64,000 bases of DNA from an uncultured Fibrobacteraceae bacterium (GTDB lineage Bacteria; Krumholzibacteriota; Krumholzibacteriia; LZORAL124-64-63): contig CAYNPY010000002.1 of the NCBI GenBank assembly GCA_964399195.1, positions 15,129-79,128 of the forward strand, read 5' to 3'. The notes under the pieces were generated by a model, which made no database searches, had not been told where the DNA came from, and worked only from the letters and a program-made list of their open reading frames with translations. The position numbers were made by a program, and so were the translations under genes. Positions 8,689 to 16,111 of the stretch are shown here, piece after piece (positions within the stretch are counted from its first letter, which is position 1; every line of letters begins with the position of its first letter).

Positions 8689-9423
8689 TCAGCGCGCCGC
8701 CACCAGGATCTCGGTCGCCAGCCATGGCCAGCGCGCGCGGTCGGCGCGGAAGATCGTCGCGCGCAGCGCCCGGCGGAGCGCGCCGTCCGGCAGCACGTCC
8801 AGCGGCGCGGTCAACCGCGCGGTGCCTTCGCTGACGAACCCGCACTCCCGCAGCAAGGCCACGATCTCGCGCCGCCGGTAGATCCGCGCGCGCGCCCAGC
8901 GGTCGTGCAGGCGCCGGGGCCACCAGCTGACCAGCGGCACGCGGTTCCAGGGCAGGAGCGGCAGGTCGCAGCCGTGGGTCTCGAACAGCCACCAGCGGTT
9001 CGGCACCGTGACCACCAGCAGGCCGCCCGGCTTCAGCACCCGGCGCAGTTCGCGCAGCGCCCGGCGCTCGTCCGCGACGTGCTCCAGCACCGTGAACGAG
9101 GTGACCACGTCGGCGCAGGCGTCGGGCAGCGGCAGGGTCGCGCCCTCGGCGAGCACGCCGCGCACCCTGTCCTGGACGCCCAGCCTCGCGCACTCGTGCG
9201 CGAACGCCGCCAGTTCCGCCGGCGCGATGTCGATGCCGGTGATCTCGTCGAACCGCTCCCGGAAGCGCAGGGTCTGCGCCCCGTTGCCGCACCCGAAATC
9301 GACCAGGTGGCCGGCCCGCGGCGGCAGCAGCGGCAGCACCAGGCGCGCGCGGCGCTCGAGCACGAATTGCCCCGGGTCGGCGGGCTTGCCGGTGGCCAGG
9401 TGGGCGGGAACGGCGGCGTCCAT
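8689..9423 (-). CDS. Class I SAM-dependent methyltransferase
   Basis: Uses the internal ATG 9421-9423 of ORF 8689-10236, giving 244 aa. Motif I is VDFGCGNGAQT. Post-I/II are ITGIDIAP and DVVTSFTVLEHV, and LKPGGLLVVTVPN is also present. Confidence 0.8.
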   Translation of the reverse strand: MDAAVPAHLATGKPADPGQFVLERRARLVLPLLPPRAGHLVDFGCGNGAQTLRFRERFDEITGIDIAPAELAAFAHECARLGVQDRVRGVLAEGATLPLPDACADVVTSFTVLEHVADERRALRELRRVLKPGGLLVVTVPNRWWLFETHGCDLPLLPWNRVPLVSWWPRRLHDRWARARIYRRREIVALLRECGFVSEGTARLTAPLDVLPDGALRRALRATIFRADRARWPWLATEILVAAR

Positions 9424-10175
9424 CAGCGCGTCTTCACGAACACCGCGTGGCCGTTCAGGTTCTGCACGCAGACGCGATCGGGCGCGGCTTCCGCCTCGTG
9501 GACCAGGGTCGCGATGCCGCGCGTGCTGGCGAACCCGAAATCGTCGAAGACGACGACGCCGCCGATCTCCATTCGCGGCCACACCCACTCCAGCACGTCC
9601 TTGCCCGACTGGTACACGTCGACGTCGATGTGGCAGAGCCGGAAGCGCCGTTCGGCGACGCGGGCGCCGGTGTCCTCGGGGAAGATGCCGCGCAGGATCG
9701 ACAGGTTGGCCAGGCCGAGCCGCGTCGCGCATTCCTCCACGACGGGGATGGAGGTGTCGGCGTGCTCGCCGCCGCGGTAGCTGTCCGCGGCCCCGGTCTT
9801 GACCACGCCCGCGAAGGTGTCGCACAGGAAGATCGTGGCCGGCAGACCCAACTGCGCGGCGCGGCGCCCGAGCAGGCACCCCGTGCCGCCGCGCCACGTG
9901 CCGACCTCCAGGACGTCGCCGCCGAGGTGCCGCGTCTGCCCGAGCAGGTGCCAGAGCTCCCAGCAGCGATAGAGGTCGACCAGCGTGTAGTCGCGGATCA
10001 CGGCGTGGCAGGCCTGGAAGTCCTCGTCTCGCAGCCAGGGACTGTAGGTCGCCCAGGAGAGCAGCACCGAGTCGCGTGAGGGGTCCAGCTGCTTCTCGAC
10101 CAGGGCCTTGCGCACCGCGAAGAGCGCCCGCTCGACTGCCTTCTTGCCGGACCTGGCGACGATCTTCCTGTTCAT
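9423..10175 (-). CDS. TylF/MycF-like (macrocin-O-methyltransferase family) SAM-dependent methyltransferase
   Basis: 250 aa. Matching strings are GDVLEVGTWRGGTG, FLCDTFAG, LCHIDVDVYQS and GGVVVFDDFG, as in the TylF family (from memory). Its stop overlaps the next start (TGATG at 9421-9425). Confidence 0.75.
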   Translation of the reverse strand: MNRKIVARSGKKAVERALFAVRKALVEKQLDPSRDSVLLSWATYSPWLRDEDFQACHAVIRDYTLVDLYRCWELWHLLGQTRHLGGDVLEVGTWRGGTGCLLGRRAAQLGLPATIFLCDTFAGVVKTGAADSYRGGEHADTSIPVVEECATRLGLANLSILRGIFPEDTGARVAERRFRLCHIDVDVYQSGKDVLEWVWPRMEIGGVVVFDDFGFASTRGIATLVHEAEAAPDRVCVQNLNGHAVFVKTR

Positions 10176-10216
10176 GCCTCAGCTTCCCGGGCCTTTGGTG
10201 GACGCGGAACATAGCG

Positions 10217-10251
10217 CAGCCCCGACGGCCGGGCAACGGCTATCGGGGCTG
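10217..10251 (-). terminator. GC-rich hairpin downstream of the beta-helix gene (candidate U-less terminator)
   Basis: CAGCCCCGA (10217-10225) pairs perfectly with TCGGGGCTG (10243-10251). The 17-nt loop itself contains a GCCG/CGGC pair. It lies about 57 nt beyond the stop at 10308, with no U tract. Confidence 0.35.
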
Positions 10252-10307
10252 ACTATCGCGGCGGACTTGCCATCGGGGCCGGCCAGGCCGGCAACGGCAG
10301 GGCGCCC

Positions 10308-11378
10308 TCAGCGGAAGGTGCACTTGAGCCGGCCCCAGCTCGCCCCCTCGGTGCCGATCGGGCCGCAGGTGCAGCCCTCGCCGAAGGCGCCCCTGGCGCC
10401 GCAGCCGCCGTCGTCGATCAGGGCCGGGGACCCGGAGCAGAGCTGAAGGTTGTCGGCGGCGGCATCGCAGTACAGCGGATCGGCCACCACTTCGCCCGCG
10501 CCCAGCGGCTGGCTGACCGCGCCGGCGTGGTTGTCGTGATAGAGATTGCAGGTGTGCGACGTGTAGGCGACGGTCTGCAGGCCGAAACCGCGCAGCTCGC
10601 CGCTGATGATGTTGTGGGTGAAGAACGTGTAGTCCGAAAGCCGCACGGTGCCGCCGGAGCCGGAATTGGCGTGGAACGTGTTCTCGCTCACGATGCCGTT
10701 GCAGTATTCCAGGGTCAGGGCGCCGACCGATCCGCCGGTGTTGCGCAGGAAGAGGCAGCGCTGGATCTCGACATGGGCGCTCTGCGCGTTCATCGCCCCG
10801 TGGCCGGTGTTCGACTTGTTCTCCTGGAACAGGCAATCCTCCACGTACAGGCTCGCCCCCATCGACGCGCTCAGGGCGCCGCTGTGGACCTCGGCGCGGT
10901 TGCCCACGAAATCGCACTTGCTCAGCCGCAGGCTGGTGTTGGGATGGCGCGCGTGCACGGCATTGGAGCCCATGGCGCGGTTGTCGGCGAAGACGCAGTC
11001 CTCGACCACGACGCGCGCCTGCTGCCAGACCAGCAGCGCCGCCCCCTCGTCCGCCCCGGCCCGCGTGAAGGTGAAGCCGCGGAACGACACCTGGACGGCG
11101 CCCTGCACCACGAACAGGCGCTGCGCGTTGAGCCCGTCGAGCAGCGTGACGGCCGCCCCGCCCTCCCCCTCGAAGTCCACCGAACGCGTCACGGTCAGGT
11201 ACTCGGAGTACGTGCCGGGCCCGACCAGGATCACGTCGCCGCCCGCGGCGGCGGCCAGCGCGGCCCCGATGGTGGAGTAATCACCGGTGCCGTCCTGGCG
11301 GACGGTCAGCGTGGCGGCGTCGGCGGCGGCCCACGTCAGCATCGCCAGGAGAACTGCGGAAAGTGCGTGACGGAACAT
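10308..11378 (-). CDS. Secreted right-handed parallel beta-helix repeat protein with Cys-rich C-terminus
   Basis: Uses the internal ATG 11376-11378 of ORF 10308-11672, giving 356 aa. It has a signal peptide (MFRHALSAVLLAMLTWAAADA). Degenerate ~22-aa repeats with the F.[DN]N/C.F..N pattern follow (EDCVFADNRA, SKCDFVGNRA, EDCLFQENKS, QRCLFLRNTG, SENTFHANSG). The last ~53 aa hold 6 Cys and end SWGRLKCTFR. Confidence 0.75.
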   Translation of the reverse strand: MFRHALSAVLLAMLTWAAADAATLTVRQDGTGDYSTIGAALAAAAGGDVILVGPGTYSEYLTVTRSVDFEGEGGAAVTLLDGLNAQRLFVVQGAVQVSFRGFTFTRAGADEGAALLVWQQARVVVEDCVFADNRAMGSNAVHARHPNTSLRLSKCDFVGNRAEVHSGALSASMGASLYVEDCLFQENKSNTGHGAMNAQSAHVEIQRCLFLRNTGGSVGALTLEYCNGIVSENTFHANSGSGGTVRLSDYTFFTHNIISGELRGFGLQTVAYTSHTCNLYHDNHAGAVSQPLGAGEVVADPLYCDAAADNLQLCSGSPALIDDGGCGARGAFGEGCTCGPIGTEGASWGRLKCTFR

Positions 11379-11477
11379 GCAATGACCCCCCAGAGGCATT
11401 CGGCATCCAGAAGCGGAATCATGGCGACCGCAGGCGGCGGGGACCGATCGATGGCCATGCGTCAGGATCTCCGGATG

Positions 11478-11506
11478 AGCATAGCGGATGTGAGCGCGCA
11501 GAACAA
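11478..11506 (-). promoter_or_regulatory. Candidate sigma70-type promoter of the beta-helix gene
   Basis: On the minus strand: TTGTTC (11506-11501), a 17-nt spacer, then TATGCT (11483-11478). This implies a ~95-nt leader before ATG 11378. Confidence 0.3.
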
Positions 11507-11610
11507 GCGGATCGGGCGCGCGCGGCCGGCTGATTCGCCGAAACGACCCGCAATCGCTCCCGTATCCGGGCGAACTGCGCGAGCGGCGTGGCCGCGATCC
11601 GGTCTTCGGT

Positions 11611-13359
11611 TCAATCGATCGCGAGCCAGCCGACGCCGCGCAGCAGCTCGCGCGCGGTGGTCGCCGCGGCACCCTCGGCGCTCCCTGGGGCCGGCGGCCC
11701 GGACACCAGCCACCCCTCCCGTCCCCGCGCCTCCCACGCCGCCGCCTCGGTGTACAGCCGCGGCTTGACCTGCCAGGGCGCGCCGCGCTCGGGGCAGAAG
11801 GTGGTGCAGTTGCCGCACTCGTTGCACAGCTCCGCCAGCACCAGGTACTGCCAGCGCGACTTCAGCGGCGGCCGCGCGCCGGTCGGCACGGCCAGGAAGG
11901 CGTTGTTCGGGCACACCGTCACGCAATTGCCGCAGGCCAGGCAGTCGAACATCTCCAGCTCGTGGTCGACCGCGCGCAGCGGCTCCTGCACCGCCTCGCG
12001 GCCGTAGCGCACGCTGCCTTCGCTGGTGGCCAGCCGCGCCGCGGCCGCGGCGACGGCGCCGGCGTGGCCGCCCGCGGTGGCCTCGCGTTCGCAGCGCGCG
12101 CGCCAGGCGGCCAGGTCGCGCGCCTTGGCGGTCTTCATCCGCCTGGCCAGCGCCCGCAGCCCCTGCGCCAGGCGCCCGTAGCCGCCCGGCCGCAGCAGGT
12201 CGCTGCACACGGTCACCGGCAGCAGGCCCAGCCCCACGGTCTCGGCCAGGTTGTCCTTGTCCACGCCGGCGCTGAAGGCCACGGGGATCCCGTCCTCGCG
12301 CGTCCCCAGCCGCAGGCGGCCGGGCAGCGCGGCGTCGAGCCGCGCGAGCAACGTCACGGCCAGCACGTGCAGCGGGGCGCCGCTGAGGTACATGCGCTCG
12401 CCGGGCATCACGCCGCGGTGGTTGCGCACGACCAGCGTGTTGGTCAGCTTCAGGCCGAACTCGCGGCCCTCGCGCCGCCCCACCGCCTGCAGGCGGTCGA
12501 TCATCGCCAGCGCGCGCTCCCACTGCAGGTCGCCGGCGAAGGCCTCGGCAGCCAACGGGACTTCGCGATAGCCCAGTCGCTCGTGCAGGATGTCCGCCAC
12601 GGTCTCGCGTCCCAGCAGCGTCGGGTTGAGCTTGACCGTCACGTCCAGGCCGTGGCGGGTCATGAGGTGCTCGACGATGCCTTCGATCTCGTCGGGCGGG
12701 CAGCCGTGGAACGTGCTGAGCGTCGCCGCGCGCACGATCCTCGGGTCCGCCACGACGTCGCGCAGGTGCGCGAACGGCCCGCCGATCCCCGCGCGCAGCG
12801 CGTCCAGTCGCGGACCCGCGTCCATCAGGCCGTCGATGAACGCCGCCATGCGCTCGTGCCGCAGGCCGGCCAGGTCGTAGCCCACCGACAGCTCGAAGGC
12901 GTGGTCGCCCGGCTCGCCGATCGCCGCGCGCAGAGGCTCCCACTCGCGCAGCACCGCCAGCAGCAGCCAGCCCTTGACGTACTCGTCCAGCGACTGCGGC
13001 AGCGTCAGCTCCTGGCTCCACTCGACGTTGTAGCCCTCGTGTTCCATGTCGATGCACGGGCGCGGGATGTCCAGCTGGTCGAGGATCTGCACCGTCTTCA
13101 GCTCGAACGTGCGCGCGCCGGACAGCCAGCCCAGGGCGAGGTTCTGCGCCAGTTGCGTGTGCGGCCCCGCGGCCGGCCCCACCGGCGTGGCCACGCGGCG
13201 GCCCGCGACGGTGCACGAGAGGTCCAGCCCGGGCTCGGCCTTCCAGAACCGCCGTCCGGCCAGGCTGAAGATCGCCTTGTCGCGCGCCCACTCCTGCGCG
13301 ACGCGGCCGAGCAGCCGCTCGAGCGGCCACGGGTGCAGAGGCGGGATCCGGTCGGTCAT
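11611..13359 (-). CDS. DHOD/DPD-like flavoprotein with C-terminal 2x[4Fe-4S] ferredoxin domain (resembles the N-terminal half of YgfK)
   Basis: 582 aa. There are two cluster motifs, CLACGNCVTVCP and CNECGNCTTFCP. The N-terminus HPWPLERLLGRVAQEW..AIFSL and a TIM-barrel-like middle (VKLNPTLLG, GLKLTNTL) recall the YgfK N-terminal module (from memory). Confidence 0.75.
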   Translation of the reverse strand: MTDRIPPLHPWPLERLLGRVAQEWARDKAIFSLAGRRFWKAEPGLDLSCTVAGRRVATPVGPAAGPHTQLAQNLALGWLSGARTFELKTVQILDQLDIPRPCIDMEHEGYNVEWSQELTLPQSLDEYVKGWLLLAVLREWEPLRAAIGEPGDHAFELSVGYDLAGLRHERMAAFIDGLMDAGPRLDALRAGIGGPFAHLRDVVADPRIVRAATLSTFHGCPPDEIEGIVEHLMTRHGLDVTVKLNPTLLGRETVADILHERLGYREVPLAAEAFAGDLQWERALAMIDRLQAVGRREGREFGLKLTNTLVVRNHRGVMPGERMYLSGAPLHVLAVTLLARLDAALPGRLRLGTREDGIPVAFSAGVDKDNLAETVGLGLLPVTVCSDLLRPGGYGRLAQGLRALARRMKTAKARDLAAWRARCEREATAGGHAGAVAAAAARLATSEGSVRYGREAVQEPLRAVDHELEMFDCLACGNCVTVCPNNAFLAVPTGARPPLKSRWQYLVLAELCNECGNCTTFCPERGAPWQVKPRLYTEAAAWEARGREGWLVSGPPAPGSAEGAAATTARELLRGVGWLAID

Positions 13360-14081
13360 GGCTCGCCCTCCGGCAAAGAGTCGGCCGCGTCCGCGTACAG
13401 CGCCGCCAGTTCCAGCGGCGCCTCGAGCAGGTGGTCCGGCGCCAGGGCGCGCAGGTCCGCCGCGGGCGCCAGTCCCCAGGCGCAGCCCACGGCCACGGCG
13501 CCGAGAGCCCGCGCGGCCAGGATGTCGTTGGGGCTGTCGCCGACCACGACGACCGCGCCGGGCGCCACGTCCAGCCCCGCCAGGCAGGCCCGCAGGTGCG
13601 CGGGGTCCGGTTTGCGCCGGGGCGCCTCGTCGCCGCCGACCACGCAGCGGAAGCGACCGGCCAGCCCCAGCCCGGCCAGGATCGCGCGGCTGAAGCCGCC
13701 CGGCTTGTTGGTGGCGACCGCCAGCGGCACGCGCGGCAGGCGCGCCAGCATCTGCGCCACGCCCTCGTAGGGCCGCGTGTGGTCCAGCAGGTGCCGGCCG
13801 TAGTGGTCCAGGTAGGCGGCGAGCGCCGGCGCCAGGCGAGGATCGCCTTCATCGGCGAGCGCGCCGGGTCCCGCGTCGTGGCCCAGGGCGCGACGCAGCA
13901 GCAGGGCCACGCCGTCGCCGACGTAGCCGCGCAGCACGGGCTCGGACAGCGGACCGAGGCCGACCGCCGCGCGCGCCACGTTGGCGGCCGCCGCGATGTC
14001 CTGCCGCGAGTCGACGAGCGTCCCGTCGAGGTCGAAGATGAACGCCCCGGGCCGGGGCGCGCCGCCGTTGCGTGGTGCCAT
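13356..14081 (-). CDS. HAD-IA hydrolase, phosphoglycolate-phosphatase-like
   Basis: Uses the internal ATG 14079-14081 of ORF 13356-15299, giving 241 aa. HAD motifs are present: I FIFDLDGTLVDS, II VATNK, and III/IV RRKPDP...VVVGDSPNDILAA. Its stop overlaps the next start by ATGA (13356-13359). Confidence 0.8.
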   Translation of the reverse strand: MAPRNGGAPRPGAFIFDLDGTLVDSRQDIAAAANVARAAVGLGPLSEPVLRGYVGDGVALLLRRALGHDAGPGALADEGDPRLAPALAAYLDHYGRHLLDHTRPYEGVAQMLARLPRVPLAVATNKPGGFSRAILAGLGLAGRFRCVVGGDEAPRRKPDPAHLRACLAGLDVAPGAVVVVGDSPNDILAARALGAVAVGCAWGLAPAADLRALAPDHLLEAPLELAALYADAADSLPEGEP

Positions 14082-14241
14082 GTCCCTGTCCTGCGTGGCG
14101 GGTCCGCTCCGTGCGGGGCCTCCCGGTGGAGGATACCTGCCGGCGCGGGCGGCGGCAAGGACGCCGGACGCGGGCCCGCGCCTTGCAGGCGTCCCGTCGC
14201 CGGCGGCGGTTCGGGGCGGAACGCCCCCCGCAGGTAAGGTG

Positions 14242-14270
14242 TTGATCGCCGGACGCGGCCGGTCTAGGAT
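14242..14270 (+). promoter_or_regulatory. Candidate sigma70-type promoter of the SPOR-fabH unit
   Basis: TTGATC (14242-14247), a 17-nt spacer, then TAGGAT (14265-14270), about 58 nt upstream of ATG 14328. Confidence 0.3.
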
Positions 14271-14327
14271 TCGCGGGCCCCGGGGGTCGGCCCCGCCGGT
14301 CAGCGCTCCGGAAAGGATGCTGGAGTC

Positions 14328-15086
14328 ATGACGACCGAATCCGCCGAGAAGAAGCCCACCGTCCGCCGTCGCAGACGCGCCCCGCGGAACGGCAAGGGCG
14401 GCATGCCCCGCATCATGTGGCTGGCCATCCTCGTCTGCATCGCCGGCGCCGTCGCGCTGTTCCGGTCCGGCGGCGGCGGACCGATGCCCACCGGTCTGGG
14501 CGAGAACCGCACCGTGGTCACGGCGCCGGAAGCGGGCGGCGAGCCGGTCTCCGGCGACGTCGAGATCGCGAGCGAAGGCCTGCAACTCACGCCGGAGCAG
14601 CCGGTGGCCGGCGGGGACCTGGGCGGCGCCGACAACGCGCCGCTTGAGCTCACCGTGTCGCGGCCCCTGGCCGACGACGGCGCCGGCGGCGAGGCCGGAC
14701 AGGCCGCAGCCGAGAGACCCGCGTCCGCAACGCCGGCGACGCCCGCCCCGGAACCGACGCGCGAGACCACAGCCAAGGCCGGGGTCGAGGCCGAAGAGCC
14801 CGCCCGCCCCGAGCCGTCCGGCGCCCTGCCGCCGCGCGTGGTTCCCCAGGCGCGCGGCCCCTATCTGGTCCAGGCCGGCTCGTTCGGCGACACCGAGAAC
14901 GCGCAGAAGGAGGCCGACCGCCTGCGGGGCTTCGGCTGGGAGGCCACGGTGCGCGTCGGCAACACGGCCAGCGGCGGTCTGACCTATCGCGTGCAGATCG
15001 GCTACTTCGCCACGCGCGAGGACGCCCAGACCTTCATCGACCAGAACCGCGTCCGCCTGCCCGGGGCCATCCCCGCGCACCGGTAG
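14328..15086 (+). CDS. SPOR domain-containing membrane protein
   Basis: 252 aa. It has a basic N-terminus, one TM helix (IMWLAILVCIAGAVALF) and a Pro/Ala/Glu-rich linker. The C-terminal SPOR-like fold is YLVQAGSFGDTENAQKEADRLRGFGWEATV...YRVQIGYFATREDAQTF. Confidence 0.75.
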   Translation: MTTESAEKKPTVRRRRRAPRNGKGGMPRIMWLAILVCIAGAVALFRSGGGGPMPTGLGENRTVVTAPEAGGEPVSGDVEIASEGLQLTPEQPVAGGDLGGADNAPLELTVSRPLADDGAGGEAGQAAAERPASATPATPAPEPTRETTAKAGVEAEEPARPEPSGALPPRVVPQARGPYLVQAGSFGDTENAQKEADRLRGFGWEATVRVGNTASGGLTYRVQIGYFATREDAQTFIDQNRVRLPGAIPAHR

Positions 15087-15090
15087 CCGC

Positions 15091-16101
15091 GTGACGCGCG
15101 CGGCCGTCATCGGCGCCGGCTTCTGGGTGCCCCCGCAGGTCGTCACCAACGACGACCTGGCGGCGCGCATCGACACGTCCGACGCCTGGATCACCGAGCG
15201 CAGCGGCATCCGCGAGCGCCGCTGGCTGGCAAGGGACGCCGAAGGCAACACCGAGATCACGGGCGCCGAGATGGGCGCCCGCGCCGCGCGCGAGGCCATC
15301 GTCGCGGCGGGCCTCGCGCCGCGCGAGATCGAACAGGTGATCTACGCGACGCTCAATCCGGACCTGTTCTTCCCCGGCAACGGAGTCTTCCTGGAGCACC
15401 TGCTGGACCTGGGCACCGCGGGCGCCCTGGACGTCCGCAACCAGTGCACCGGTTTCGTCTACGGCCTGGCCGTCGCCGACGGCTACATCCGCTCGGGGCT
15501 GGCGCGCACGGTCCTGCTGGTCGGCGGCGAGATCCAGTCGACGGCCCTGGACGTGACCGACCGCGGGCGCGACGTGGCCGTGCTGTTCGGCGACGGCGCC
15601 GGCGCGGTCGTGCTGCAGGCCACCGAACAGGAGCGCGGCATCCTGGCCAGCGTCCTGCGCAGCCAGGGCCGCCACGCGCGCGAGCTGTGCGTCGAGGCGC
15701 CGGTGGCCACGGCGACCGGGCGCATCACGCCGGCGATGATCGCCGCCGGGCGCCACTTCCCGCACATGAACGGCAAGCTGGTGTTCCAGCACGCCACGCG
15801 CCGGTTCAGCGAGGCGATCGACGAGGTCCTGCGCAAGGGCGGCGTCAGGCCGGACGACGTGGCGCTGTACGTCCCGCATCAGGCGAACCAGCGGATCACC
15901 GACGCCGTGACCGCGCGCCTGGGCGTGCCGCCCGAGCGGGTCTACAGCAACATCGCCCGCTACGGCAACACGACGGCGGCCTCCATCCCCATCGCCCTCG
16001 CCGAGGCGGTGCGCGAGGGGCGCCTGTCCCGCGGCGACCTGGTGGTCACCGTCGCCTTCGGTTCGGGCTTCACCTGGGGAGCCAACCTGATCCGCTGGTA
16101 G
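15091..16101 (+). CDS. fabH: 3-oxoacyl-ACP synthase III (KAS III)
   Basis: 336 aa from a GTG start 4 nt after the SPOR stop. The catalytic triad context is intact: Cys in DVRNQCTGFVYG, His in YVPHQANQRI, Asn in RYGNTTAASIP. The C-terminus is FGSGFTWGA. Confidence 0.85.
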   Translation: MTRAAVIGAGFWVPPQVVTNDDLAARIDTSDAWITERSGIRERRWLARDAEGNTEITGAEMGARAAREAIVAAGLAPREIEQVIYATLNPDLFFPGNGVFLEHLLDLGTAGALDVRNQCTGFVYGLAVADGYIRSGLARTVLLVGGEIQSTALDVTDRGRDVAVLFGDGAGAVVLQATEQERGILASVLRSQGRHARELCVEAPVATATGRITPAMIAAGRHFPHMNGKLVFQHATRRFSEAIDEVLRKGGVRPDDVALYVPHQANQRITDAVTARLGVPPERVYSNIARYGNTTAASIPIALAEAVREGRLSRGDLVVTVAFGSGFTWGANLIRW

Positions 16102-16111
16102 CGGGCCGGCC

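Noticed and set aside
10108-10446. 112-aa plus-strand ORF filling the gap between the TylF-like and beta-helix genes; also small ORFs at 29700-29963 and 59069-59254 in other spacers
   Set aside because: They are Pro/Ala/Ser-rich with no RBS or hydrophobic/structured pattern. They overlap predicted hairpin or promoter elements and the ends of real genes.
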